Positions 39,032 to 51,030 of a DNA stretch of 64,000 bases are shown here, piece after piece. Numbering within the stretch: the stretch's first letter is position 1; every line of letters starts with the position of its first letter. The notes under the pieces were generated by a model. The model was not told the origin of the DNA and made no database searches. It saw only the letters and a program-made list of their open reading frames with translations. This DNA comes from Dictyostelium discoideum (lineage: Eukaryota). Location: assembly GCA_000004695.1 (NCBI GenBank), contig CM000154.2:1408001-1472000 (forward strand). The letters run 5' to 3'. The position numbers and the translations under genes were made by a program.

Positions 39032-40036
39032 TGAAAATGAAAATGAAAATATTAATATATAAATTTTTTAATTAAATTAAAAAAAGTAATTTGTAATACA
39101 AACAAATTGTAAAAATGTTGAATGTAATTGCGCTTGAGTAGTTGAATTCCAATTACTAATATATTTTTTAAAGTCAATGAGAATTGTTTGTTGAAATGAT
39201 GAAATTGATTCAATTAAAGAGAAAATTGCCTTTAATTCCTCTTGTGATAATAAATCTGCTTTCTTTAATGGTTGATAAAACACATCCAATATCACTTTAA
39301 TTGCATCGCTACATCCTTGAAGTGATTTCATAAATCCTTCAACTAATTTCCTTCTATTCTCGTCAACTGGTGATTCATTAATTGAGTCCTCTTTATTATC
39401 TTTATCTTTTTCTTTTTCTTTTTCTTTTCTATTTTTTGGTGAATGTTCATTACTTATATCTTTACCACTTGCATTATTATTACCGCCGCTATCTAATGAA
39501 GTTACATTTATTTTTACAGTTTCTTTATTATTCGATGATGATACATTACTTCCAGTAGTATTGGAAGTTTTATTATTATTATTTATATTATTATTACTAG
39601 TATTGTTATTTTGTACAGATACCAATGAAGGTATATTATTTGATGATGTTGTTGTTGTAGTTGTGGTTGTAGTTGATGTATTCGTTACCCAGAAATCCAT
39701 TGCTTTTTTATGATTCTCTTGTGTCGTTGGATTTAATAAAATTGCATTTGCTTCTGCTGTGGATTGTGCTGATACTGATGAAGGTGGTGGTGGTGGAGGT
39801 GGTGTTGGTTCTGTTAAGTTACCAACCCATCCACCTACAATACTAAATAGACCGCCATCCTTTTCTTTATCCTTTTCCTTTTCCTTTTCTTTTTCTTTCT
39901 TTTCCTTCTTTTCTTTTTCTTTTTTCTCTTTATCTTTTTTCTCTTTTTTTTCAGATTTATCTTTTTTCTCTTTATCTTTTTTCTCTTCTTTATCCTTTTT
40001 CTCTTTATCTTTTTTCTCTTTTTTAATTACTTCCAT
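31427..40036 (-). CDS. Roco-family (LRRK-like) protein kinase of about 2800 aa. Three exons: 40036..39104, 38980..38321 and 38236..31427.
   Basis: Exon 1 (track ORF 39077..40036) gives the (KEKKD)n and poly-P N-terminus and the first half of a Dbl-homology domain: ...ENRRKLVEGFMKSLQGCSDAIKVILDVFYQPLKKADLLSQEELKAIFSLIESISSFQQTILIDFKKYISNW...STFLQF. A GTTTGT donor in phase 0 then joins to a ttattaag acceptor. Exon 2 gives VGYLKLYKVYGLQYNYSLSSLCLLMFDNQRFESFINNAESKLV...SNLASLLILPIHFLARFHQFFKSLIDS...YNNLYKQIVQVVKDI (the DH C-terminal half) and then ...IGLFN. A GTAAGT donor joins to a ttttag acceptor. Exon 3 gives SSDIVQNRKFLKEGILIEQFNNQRISYYTFLFSDIILFTEK... (PH domain) fused in frame to the 2217-aa track ORF. 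That ORF holds LRRs (LxxLxLxxNxL repeated), a Roc GTPase (LMLVGQENVGKTS...WDFAGQE...), a COR domain, and a Ser/Thr kinase (VGEGGFGIVYKG...VAIK...HRDLKSPNIL...DFGETR...). A roughly 600-residue S/T/P tail closes it. Total 8403 nt, with all junctions in frame. The domain order DH-PH-LRR-Roc-COR-kinase is what I recall for the RhoGEF-containing Dictyostelium Roco (roco5). That identification is from memory and unverified. Confidence 0.75.
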
Positions 40037-41134
40037 TTTTTTATTTATTTATTTAACACACACACAAACACACACAATAAAGAGGGAGAGGAAAAAAAAA
40101 TTTTAAATGAATTATTTATAAACAAAAGTATATATAGTATTTATAAAACTATATAAATAATAAAAAAAAAAAAAAAAAATTATAAAAACTAAATGTAAAT
40201 ATATGTTTTTTTTTTTTTTTTGGTTTTTTTTTTGGTTTTTTTTGGGTTGTTTTTTTTTTTTTTTTTTTTGGGTTGTGTTTTTTTTTTTTTTTTTTATATT
40301 TTTTTTTTTTATATTTTTTTTTTTTTTTTTGGTAATCCTTTTTTTTTTTTGTGTGATTGGAATGAAAATTGGTGATTAAAAAAAAAAAAAAAAATTGGTC
40401 AAGACTGTGAGTTTTTAAAAAAAAAAAAAAAATAAATAAAAATAAATAACAATTAAATTTAATTAAATATTTTTTTAATAATTATTTTTGTTTTTTGTTT
40501 TTTGTTTTTTGTTTTTTTGGTGTGTTTTTTGAGTGGTTTGTGTAAAACACAAGTGAGTGTTTTATTTTTTTTGTGATTATTAATAGATTTGGTTGTCACG
40601 ATGTGTTTTTTTATTATTTTTTTTTATTTATTTTTACTCTTTGTAGGAAAATTAAATAAATAATATAAATACAACAATAATGATATAAATACAGATGAAT
40701 ACAGATAGAATAAATATTGTTTTTTTTTTTTATTATTATTATTATTTTTTTTTTTTTACTTTATTTTATTTACTTATTTATTTTATTTTTATTTTATTTT
40801 TATTTTTTTATGATATTAATTGGTGATATTATTTTTTGTGATATCATACACAACAATTGTTTTTTTATTTTTTTTTAATAAAAAAAAAAAAAAATAATAA
40901 AATAAAAAAAAATAAAATAATAAATAAAAATAAAAAATTATAAAAACACAATAAATTTCTTTTTTTGTTCTAAAATAATAATAGAAAATGATATATTTTT
41001 AAAAAAAAAAAACAAAACAAAAAAAAAAAAAAAAAAAAAAGTTTTTTTTTTAATTATTATTTTTTTATTTTTTTTTTTTTTTTTTTTCTAAATCCTCTAA
41101 ATAAAGGGGTAGCAACATTAAAAATTTAAAAAAA

Positions 41135-41173
<39 letters not shown>

Positions 41174-41962
41174 AAAACGATTTTTTCTAAAATTTTTATT
41201 TTTATTTTTTATTTTTTTTTTTTTTTTTAAAAATATTATTATAATCAATGAAAATATCTGTCTAAAAATCGAAAATAGAAACTTTTTTTTAAGATAATCA
41301 TTTTAAAACATTCATATGCAAAACCAACAACAAACAAATGGGTTATAATATAAAAAACCACTTAGGTAATATTTTTTTATTTTTTTTATTTTTTTTATTT
41401 TTTTATTTTTTTTTTTTTTAAAGTATGAATCCATTGCTCTATGAAGTGAACAAATGTTGTTTTTATTTTTTTGTTTTGTTTTCATTTTTTTTTTTTAACT
41501 TTTTTTTTTTTTTAACTTTTTTTTTTTTTTTTTCAAAGATATAACCTTTCCAAATTACTAACACCAAGATTTCGAGTAACAAATTCAACCACTATTCCAA
41601 ATTTTCTTTTTTTTTTTGGATTATATGCTGAATCAAATAAACCTTCACAATTGTCAAAGTTGGATTTCCAATTATGAAATTTTTAAAAAATAAAAATTAA
41701 AAAAAAAAAAAAGTAAAATACTAAAAATAAAGACTTAAAAATAAAATTATATTAAATACTCACCAGTTCATTGAATTATTAAAAAGGTTGGAAAAAAAAA
41801 AAAAAATTACATAAATAAATATCTTTCTCAAAGCCGAGATTTTAATTTCAAAAAAAAAAAAAAAAAAAAAAAGTCAACCAATTTTTTTTTTTTTTAATCG
41901 AATCGCCATCTTATCGATATTTTTTTTGAAAAATAATAATTATCAAATAACACGTGTTGTTT

Positions 41963-41997
<35 letters not shown>

Positions 41998-42192
41998 AAA
42001 CTTGGAAAAATTAAATGTCATAAAAAATTAAATAATAGTCACAAAAAAAATATATTTCCACTTTTGGTTTTGTTTTAATAAATAATTTATTTTTATTATT
42101 AAAAAGGGGGTAAATCAAATGATTTTACTTTTTTTTTTTTTTTTTTTTACTTTTTTACTTTTTTACTTTTTTTTTTTTTTTTTTTTTTTGAT

Positions 42193-42722
42193 TTATTGAT
42201 AACCATTTCCAAGTTGACAATTGTCACCCCAATAACCAAAGTCACAAACACAACGACCAGCACCACAATAACCTCTATTTGAGCAATTTGTTGGACAATT
42301 TGCAGGAGTGGTTGGTCTAATAACATATTCATAGGAGTTTGGAGAAAACCAAGTATAACCAGCTTGAGTGATTGAAATATCCTTTACACCATACCAGCAC
42401 CAATATTACATTTAATTTGATCAGTAGTAACAAGGGTTGGAGTACAAGTTTGACTTCCAATTAAGATAGAAATTGGAGAATTTGCTGTGAACCAACCATA
42501 GAAAATCACTTCACCACCGTCAGTGTATGATGGGAAAATTGAATAAACTTGGATTTTTTTAGTTGAGCAATCATTTCCAGTCCATTGATTAGTGCATGTA
42601 CATTGGTTATTTGAATTACAGGTACCACCATTTAAACAGCCATTTCCACATGTTCCTGCAATACAATTATTTATAAAAATTATAGAAATTAAAATTAAAA
42701 TTATTAAAAGAGTTTTTTTCAT
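42193..42722 (-). pseudogene. Small secreted protein gene with two EGF-like Cys-rich modules, interrupted by a single-nucleotide frameshift near 42380..42400. Pseudogene, strain polymorphism or base-call error.
   Basis: Frame A (42722..42384) gives MKKTLLIILILISIIFINNCIAGTCGNGCLNGGTCNSNNQCTCTNQWTGNDCSTKKIQVYSIFPSYTDGGEVIFYGWFTANSPISILIGSQTCTPTLVTTDQIKCNIGAGMV*. Frame A-1 is open from 42404 and gives YWCWYGVKDISITQAGYTWFSPNSYEYVIRPTTPANCPTNCSNRGYCGAGRCVCDFGYWGDNCQLGNGYQ* ending at 42193. The two frames overlap by about 24 nt (aatattggtgctggtatggtgtaa). There is no GT..AG intron there. Restoring one base, for example ggtAatggt, would give one 175-aa signal-peptide protein with two C-x-C-x-x-GxxGxxC EGF-like motifs. 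Confidence 0.5.
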
Positions 42723-42805
42723 TTTTTTTTTTAAATTTATTTATTTAATATCCTAATTTATTTAATTAATTTTTTTAAAAAATAAAAAAAAGAATCTATT
42801 TAAAT

Positions 42806-42840
<35 letters not shown>

Positions 42841-43131
42841 CAATTTTTGATTATATTTTTTTTTTAATTTTATTTATTTTTTTTTTTAATCAAGTTGATT
42901 AATTTTATCTTTATTTGAAATTTTCAAAACTACAATAAATCATTTTTTATTGTAAGTTTGAAAATTATATATTGGAAAAAACAAGAAAAAAAACATTTTA
43001 TATTAAATTGCCGAGATTTTAATATCATTGAGCTCGGAATCTATACAATTTTTTTTTTTTTTAAAAAAAAACACCCAAAATTTAAAATCAATCTTTTTGG
43101 AAATCAATGGTCATTTTTTATATTATAAAAT

Positions 43132-43162
<31 letters not shown>

Positions 43163-44225
43163 TTATTTTATTTAACTTAATAAAAACAAATTTTTTTTTT
43201 TTTTTTATATAGTCGATCAGTTGAAAATTTGATTAAACTATATTAAAAAAATTCTCTTTAAAAACAAATAAAAAAAATTAAAAATAAAAAAGGAAAAAGA
43301 GGAGGTAATAAAATTTGATTACCAAAAAAAAAAAAAAAAAAATATAACAAAATAAAAAAAATAAAATAGTATAAAAAAATATAATAAAATAAAAATAAAA
43401 AAAAAAAATAAAAAAAATCAATACACTTTTTTATTTTTACTCTATATTTTTTTTTTTTTTTTTTTTATTTTTATTTTTATTTTTTTTCTTTATTTTTACC
43501 TTTTATGGACGAAGAAGAAATTAGAATGAGGTTTGGTTTTAAAATGAAAAAAAAAAAAAAGCCAAATTTTGAATTTGAAAAAAACTTTTTTTTTTTTTTT
43601 TTTTTTGAATTTTTTTTTTTTTTTTTTTTTTTTATTTTATTTATTTATATAAAACAAAAATATCGATCTGATAACAATTTTAAAGTAAAGTTGTGGAGGG
43701 TGTAGGTACAACGAATCTTATTTAAAAAAAATAAATAAAAAAATAATTAAAATAAAATAAAAAATAAAATAAAAAAAACACAAGCCCTGGTTATACTTTT
43801 TTTTTGTTTTTTTTTGTTTTTTTTTGAATTTCAAACAAAATTAAACAGAGAAATTATTATCTATATATCTAAATTTTAAAATAAAAAAATAAAATTCAAA
43901 AAATAGATATAAAAAGTAAATCAATAAAGATAATAATTGCAGTAATAAATTAAAAAATAAAAAAAAAAAAAAAAAAAAGTAAAAAAAAGAATATAGATAA
44001 AAGATAATAAAAGTGAAAAAAAAAAAAATAAAAAAAATAAAAAAAATAAATAAAAAAAATAATAATCATTATATATACATACGTGAATATATATTTATAT
44101 ATATATATATATTTTTTGTTGTTGTAAAATGTTTTTGTGTGTTTTTGTGGGAAGTGTAACGGATATAAAAATTTTTATGTGATTTTTTTTTTTAATTTTG
44201 TTATTTTATTTTTTAATTTTTTTTT

Positions 44226-44262
<37 letters not shown>

Positions 44263-44515
44263 TGTCAACGTATATATATATAAACATAATATCGATTATT
44301 TTATATTAAAACAAACTTACCACTTTCTAATTTTTTTTATTTATTTAAAAGTAGTTTAATATTAAGAGAGAGAGAAAAAAAAAAAAAAAAAAAAAAAGAG
44401 AGAAGAGAAAAAAAAAAAACAAATTATAATATACCATATAAAATACTAAATAGTATAAAAGAAATACTTGATTCAAGAGAGAAGAAAGAAAAAAAAAAAA
44501 AAAAAAAAAAAAGAA

Positions 44516-44624
44516 ATGGTATTAACTTCAAAACAAAAGGAGGAATTGTATGTTTTTTTTTTTTTTTAAATTTTTTTTTTTTCAAATTTTATATATACAT
44601 ATTTATATTAATAAAAAATTTATG

Positions 44625-44655
<31 letters not shown>

Positions 44656-45990
44656 TAATAAAGGAATGGATCAATTTTAGATTATTTTGAATCATCACAA
44701 TATAAATCAAGTTTTGAAGAATTTAAAAAAGAAACAGGTACAGAGTTAGATGTTAAAAAGAAAGGATTATTAGAGAAGAAATGGACATCAGTTATTAGAT
44801 TACAGAAAAAGGTATTAGATTTAGAGGCAAAGGTAGCACAATTGGAAGAAGAATTAAATAGTGGAGGAGGTAGAGGAGGTGGTAGAGGTAGAGGTAAAGA
44901 GGATGCATTACCAAGGCCACCAGAGAAACACATATTAACAGGACACAGAAATTGTATCAACAGTGTTAAATTTCATCCATCATTTTCACTGATGGTATCA
45001 GCATCAGAGGATGCAACCATCAAAGTTTGGGATTTCGAGAGTGGAGAGTTTGAACGTACCCTAAAGGGTCATACAAATGCGGTACAAGATATAGATTTCG
45101 ATAAAACTGGTAATTTATTGGCCTCTTGTTCGGCCGATCTCACCATTAAACTATGGGATTTTCAAACATACGATTGCGTTAAAACCTTACATGGTCATGA
45201 TCACAATGTAAGTTGTGTTCGTTTCACCCCATCAGGTGATCAATTGATCTCATCGAGTAGAGATAAAACCATAAAGGTTTGGGAAGCAGCCACCGGTTAT
45301 TGCATTAAAACTTTGGTAGGTCATGAGGATTGGGTTAGAAAAATTACAGTTTCAGAGGATGGCAGTTGTATAGCTTCTTGTTCAAACGATCAAACCATTA
45401 AAACTTGGAATATTGTTAAAGGTGAATGTCTTGCAACTTACAGAGAACATAGTCATGTTGTTGAATGTTTAGCTTTTTCAACTGCAAACATTATAGATAT
45501 ACCAGGTTCTCTCCTATCAACCCCCGAAGGTAAATCAAAAGTTAAACAAGGTCCTGGTGGTAATTTAGTTGGTCAATGTGGTTATTTAGCTACTGGTTCA
45601 AGAGATAAAACTATTAAAATTTGGGAATTGGCTACTGGTCGTTGTTTAGCAACTTATGTAAGTCAATAATTAATTATTAATTATTAAAAAAAAAAAAAAA
45701 AGATCTTTTTTTTAACTAATAATAATAATATTATTTATTAATTTATTTTAAAATAGATTGGTCATGATAATTGGGTTAGGGCTGTAAGATTCCATCCATG
45801 TGGTAAATTTTTATTAAGCGTTGGTGATGATAAAACAATAAGAGTTTGGGATATTGCTCAAGGTAGATGTATCAAAACTATAAATGAAGCTCATACACAT
45901 TTCATATCATGTTTAGATTTTTGTTTACACAATCCGCATATTGCCACAGGTGGAGTTGATGATGTAATAAAAGTTTGGAAATTACAATAA
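44516..45990 (+). CDS. lis1: LIS1 (PAFAH1B1) homologue, a dynein regulator with a LisH domain, a coiled coil and seven WD40 repeats. 419 aa. Exons 44516..44547, 44664..45657 and 45757..45990.
   Basis: [11 protein letters not shown]|[68 protein letters not shown]...[85 protein letters not shown]...[12 protein letters not shown]...[32 protein letters not shown]...[22 protein letters not shown]|[77 protein letters not shown]. Near-colinear identity with metazoan LIS1 ([20 protein letters not shown]..., [67 protein letters not shown]). GTATGT/GTAAGT donors, 1260 nt in frame. Confidence 0.9.
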
Positions 45991-46379
45991 TAATTTTTAC
46001 AAATATATAGATAATTAATAGTAGTAATAATAATAATAATAATAAATAATTAATAATTAATAAACTATAGAAATTCAAATAACAATAATAAAAAAAAAAA
46101 AAACAAAAAAAAAAAAGAAAGAAAGAAACTAACAAAATAAAAAAAAAAAAAAAAAAAAGGAATCTAAACAAATATTAACAGTACATAAATTGTAAAAAAA
46201 AAAAAATAAATAAATAAAATTTAAAAAAAAAAAAAATTAAAATAATTAATAATAATAATAATAATATGATATATACTATTTCTTTGTTTAAAATAAAGGG
46301 ACATAATTAATAATTTAATTAAATAAATAAATAGTTTTTTTTTTTTATTCTTTTATATTTTTTATTTGTTTGAAATCAA

Positions 46380-47069
46380 TCAATAAAAAGAAAAATTTTC
46401 TGGTTCAGTATTTTTGTGTTTTGGGGATTTTGGTTTTTTAATTGGTTTTTCATCTTGTTTTGGTTGTTTTAAATGTGGAAAAGATAGTTTTGGTTGTATT
46501 GATGATTGTTGATGGTCTAATTTTGGTTGATCATGTTGTTGGGAAAGAGGTTCTACAATTTGGGGTATTTTAACTCGAGTTTGTTCTTCTTCCTGTTGTT
46601 GTTGTTGCTGCTCTTGTTGTTCTTGTTGAATATCATGGTCAACAAAATCTGATTGAGAATCAGATTGACTGAATGAACAATTTTCTAAATTTTTAAAACT
46701 TTCAAAATGGTTTGTAACATAAGTATATGTACCAGCCAATACTCTTTCAGAAACAATTTGATCTTCAATTTTATTCATCCATTTTAGTTTTTCATCACTT
46801 ATTATAATTAGAGCTCCTAAACTTAAGGTACCCAAGTTTGAACTACTACTAGTAGAAACTTTTTTTGAATTATGATAAATTGCAAATCCACTTGGGTATC
46901 TATAGTCATAATCGCATACTCTTGAAATATTGGATAATGAAATTACAGTAGCCTTTTTATTAAATAATGAGTTCTTTTCTGCAAATACAATTCTTTGATT
47001 AAATAAATACAATGTACCTTCTGAAGTACTACCATTTTTATTGACCTTTTTAACTTTTCCTTCTCTATA

Positions 47070-47103
<34 letters not shown>

Positions 47104-49288
47104 AATTAATATTATTAGAATAATTATTATTTTTAATTATATTATTAAAAGATTATTATTTTAAACTTACCCTATAAAAGTTTGATGATGTAATAAATAT
47201 TCTATATCTTTTGTGCCAATTTCTTTAATGATTTCTTGGATTTTAGTATCATTTTTCATTTTACCATTAATATCACTGACAATCTTTCCCATTAAAGAAG
47301 TTGTACGTTTAATGGTTTTATGGTTTTGTTCATCTTCTTTTGGTAATGCTTTACTCAATTCTTTTAATAATAAAGGATATTTACAAAGTCTTTGACATGG
47401 TTTAATTAAAAATGAATGTAGATTGTTTAGTTTACAAATTGGTATTAATTTTTGAAATATTTGTGCTGCTGTTTGATTTGTTAATAAAATTTCCTGTAAA
47501 AATTTATTACAACTATCATGTGATGATAAATATGATCCATATCTTTGAAAACTTTTACTCTATAATATTAAAAATATTATTAATTAGTATTTTTTTTTTT
47601 TTCTTATCTAATAATTGTTTTTTTTTATTTTTCAAAAGACTTACATTAAATAAAAAAACTTCTTCAATATTTGGATATTGATTCTTTTCTAATAATGGAA
47701 TACAATTTAATAACATTGGATAAATTTTTAAAGAAATATGATAAACTTCTTCAAAATTTGAAAAGATTGAAAAAATATCTCTTTTTTCCAATATTTTATA
47801 TTTTACCATTTCCAATGCGGCAAAAAGATAAAAATTAATTGTAATTTCCATATGGTCTAAATAGTCTGCCTCAGTTTCTATGATTTCTTTAACAACCTTA
47901 TTAAAAATGGTTGAATCATTAATATATGGTAATTGTGATCTTCTTGATGGTATTGATTCAAATTTTTGTTGTTGTTCTTCAATTTTTTCAAATATAACAG
48001 ATTTGAAATCAAATTTATTAAAAAGAGATGGTCTTTTTTTTGATACTGTTGCATTTGGAATTAATGTACTAACTGGTTCTTCTGGTAAACTTACAGTTCT
48101 ACCATGTTTTGTTTCTGTAACTTTTAATGTGTCCTTGTTATTATTATTGTTGTTATTATTATTATTATTATTATTAGTAGTAGTATTGTTATTATTATTA
48201 TTGCTATTATTTTTATTTGTTGTTTGATTTTCTTGATCATCTTCATCACTACAAGAACCTCTAAGATTATATGAACTTTTACTAATTACAAATGAACCCC
48301 TATTAGAAGAAGATACACTTTTAAGATTAGGTTCACTATCAAGAGTAGTACCACTCTTTTTGGATAGTTCTGATTCATTTTCATCATCGGTATCAACTCC
48401 ATTATCAAGTAATTTCATAGTGGCAGCTTTTCTAGTAAAAACTCTTTGTCTTCTAGTTCTAACGACAGGTGATATTTGTGATTGACTTAACTCTGATGAA
48501 TCATTACCAAAAACATAGTCATCAAAGTTTTCAAAATTAGGTTTTGATGGTTCAAAATTTAAAAAATTACTTGGAGATTTACCACCACTTCCACTACTAC
48601 TACAACAACTACCACTACTATTTAATGATGATGGAAATATTGTTGGGTTTGTTACATCAAATAGAGTTGTTGACCTTTTTGGTGCTATATTTGAAAATGA
48701 ACTATCGATTGGTTTATTTGCCGATCTCCAACCATTTGATGTATTTAATAAATTTCCAAGAGGTGGTGGCGATGATGACAATGGAGATGTGGAGTTTTGT
48801 AAACCCTCATTATTATTTTGATCATTAAAAGTTTCAATTTTAGAAGGTACTCTTGGTAATGGTTTAGGTGCCATTGTGTGATAATCTTCTTTCTCTTGAT
48901 CGATTGGTATTGGTGGAAGAGGTTTATTTTTATTAAATTCTGGTGAATTAAATTGTGGTGGAGTTGTTGATGTTTTAATATCTTCACCACTATAATTGTC
49001 ATCATAATTATCATCATAATTGTCACCATCTTCTTTTTTTTCAAATGTAATATTAATTGATGGTGGTGTTGTTGGTATATAATTAGTGATTTTTTCATCT
49101 GCACCATCATTCATTAAAAATGCTCTTGGTGGAACAGGTGGACGTTTTGGTTTTGGTAATGGTTCAAGTAATGGCATGGATAAACTTTTTCTTCTTGATC
49201 TTTCTCTATTATTATTTTTGATATTATTGGTATTACTATTATTATTGTTATTGTTATCAAATGATTTTGATAAATTTTTTATTTCCAT
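46380..49288 (-). CDS. RhoGEF (DH-PH) protein, paralogue 1, about 905 aa. Exons 49288..47645, 47559..47171 and 47064..46380.
   Basis: Exon 1 carries an N/P-rich N-terminus with an FTRKAATMKLLDNG motif and the start of the DH domain (FNKVVKEIIETEADYLDHMEITINFYLFAALEMVKYKILEKRDIFSIFSNFEEVYHISLKIYPMLLNCIPLLEKNQYPNIEEVFLFN). An AAT|GTAAGT donor joins to a tattatag acceptor. Exon 2 gives SKSFQRYGSYLSSHDSCNKFLQEILLTNQTAAQIFQKLIPICKLNNLHSFLIKPCQRLCKYPLLLKELSKALPKEDEQNHKTIKRTTSLMGKIVSDINGKMKNDTKIQEIIKEIGTKDIEYLLHHQTFIG (the DH C-terminal half). A GG|GTAAGT donor joins to a tattatag acceptor. Exon 3 gives EGKVKKVNKNGSTSEGTLYLFNQRIVFAEKNSLFNKKATVISLSNISRVCDYDYRYPSGFAIYHNSKK...DEKLKWMNKIEDQIVSERV (PH domain) and ends at 46380. 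2718 nt in frame. It is colinear with paralogue 2, which is unspliced in this region. Confidence 0.8.
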
Positions 49289-49511
49289 TTCATTATCTAT
49301 AAAAAAAAAAAAAAAATAAAAGAAAAAATAATGGTAATAATAAAAAAAAAAAGAAATTAAAAAAAAAATAAATAAAAAAAAAATAATAATAAAAATAATA
49401 ATTGAAAAAAAAAAATTAAAAATTAAAAAAACAAAAAATTAAATTGAAATAATAAAATAAAATAAAAAAAGTGAATAAATAATTTATAATAATAATTTTA
49501 TAATAATGAAG

Positions 49512-49553
<42 letters not shown>

Positions 49554-50844
49554 ATAATAAAAAACATATTATAATTATTAGAAATAGTTCTTACCTTGAA
49601 ATTTGTCTAAATTTAAATTACTATCAATACCATATTCTATATTAATATTCTCCATTTTAATCGGAATATTTAATTTAAACAAATAATTTTATTTTTTTAA
49701 AAAAAAAAAAAAAATAAAAAAAAATAATAGATAAATATTTTAATATTAATAAGTTTGAATGTAATAATTTCTTTTTCTCTGTTGTGTAAATGAATAATTT
49801 TTATATGTAGAACAAATTTTAACAGATAACAATAAATTATAATGATATAATTTGTGGTAGTGATTTAAATAAAAAAATTAAAATAAAAAAAAAAATTAAT
49901 ATAATGAAAAAAAAAAAAATATAAAAAAAAATAATAATAATAATTAAAATTAAAATGAGAAAAACACACACTAACACAGTTCGAAAATAACCTAATTGTA
50001 TTATCATGTAATATTTTTAGTTTTTTTTTTTTTTTTTGTTATTATTATTAATAATTAAAAAACCAATTATTTTTTTTTTTTTTTTTTTTTTTTTTTCTAT
50101 TAAAATCGATCGACAAAAATATACACCCACATTTAAGTGTGTTTTTTTTTTTTATTGTGATTTTCTGTTGTTGTTTTTTTTTTATGGTAAGAAACATTTT
50201 ACACAATCCAAAAAAAAAAAAAATAAAAAAAAAATAAAAAAAATAAAAAAATAATAAAAAAAAAAAAGAATAACAACAACAATAGTTGTTTTTTTGTATT
50301 TTATAATTTTTTTTTTCTAATAATATTTTTTTTTTTTTTTTTTAAATGAATTAACTCAATAGATTAAAAAACAAATATATCCATTAAATAAATAGAATAT
50401 TAAAAATAAAAGAAATTACTTAATTTGTAAAAAAAGAATGGAATTTGGGATGATTAAAAAAAAAAAAATTTATTTTTATATTTTTTTTTATATTTATTTT
50501 TACACAATCCAAAATGATTTGGTTTCAATCTTACAAAAAAAAAAAAAAATTGTATATATGAGGAAGTAAAAAAAAAAAAAATGATTTGTAAAATTTATTA
50601 AACTGTCGAATTGATTTATTCATATTATTGGTGATTTTATACAATTGAAAATAAATAAATAATTAAATCAATAAATAAATAATAAAAAAAAAAAAAAAAT
50701 TAATTTTCAATTCAAATTTAAATTGATTGCACAAAAAAAAAAAAAAAAATTCCATATAATTATTTTATTATGTTTTAATTTTTTTTAAAAAACTTTATCG
50801 TTTTTTTTTGTGTCATGTTTTTTTTCTTTAATTATTTTAATAAT

Positions 50845-51030
50845 GTGGGGGGTGTTCGAGTATTGATTGGGTGGATCATATTAATCGATCATGAGAACAG
50901 AGGATCTATAGCCACTCACCCTTTAAATACTCAAAAGTCTCCAAATGATTTTCAACAAAAGTTTTCATTGTCAACTTACTCCCGTAGGACATCGACTAAA
51001 CTTTGTGCGACATATAAATCTTTGTTTCTT
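50845..51030 (-). ncRNA. Candidate structured small RNA gene, family unassigned. The strand and the ends are uncertain.
   Basis: This is a roughly 180-bp island of about 40% G+C (GTGGGGGGTGTTCGAGTATTGATTGGGTGGATCATATTAATCGATCATGAGAACAGAGGATCTATAGCCACTCACCC...GTCAACTTACTCCCGTAGGACATCGACTAAACTTTGTGCGAC) inside a roughly 85% A+T intergenic region. The only ORF over it (50815..51216) is hydrophobic low-complexity with atypical codons such as GGG, GTG, CGA. Several complementary segments (GGGTGG/CCACTCACCC, GATCAT...ATGATC) could form stems. A perfect match to the Dictyostelium ncRNA upstream element (A/T)CCCA(C/T)AA lies on the minus strand at 51088..51095 (plus strand ttatgggt). That is about 60-90 nt upstream of the island if the RNA is minus-strand. 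Confidence 0.3.

Noticed and set aside
39759-40106. A plus-strand 115-aa ORF rich in G, S and F.
   Set aside because: It is antisense to the (KEKKD)n/poly-P coding repeat of Roco exon 1.
50845-51030. Assignment of the GC island to U2, U4, U6, U5, U1, U3 or SRP RNA.
   Set aside because: Only fragments match. The invariant U2 GUAGUA branch-site box, the U6 ACAGAGA/AGC box, the U5 loop I, the U1 5' ACUUACCUG and the U3 boxes are not intact. No Sm site is obvious. The family is left open.
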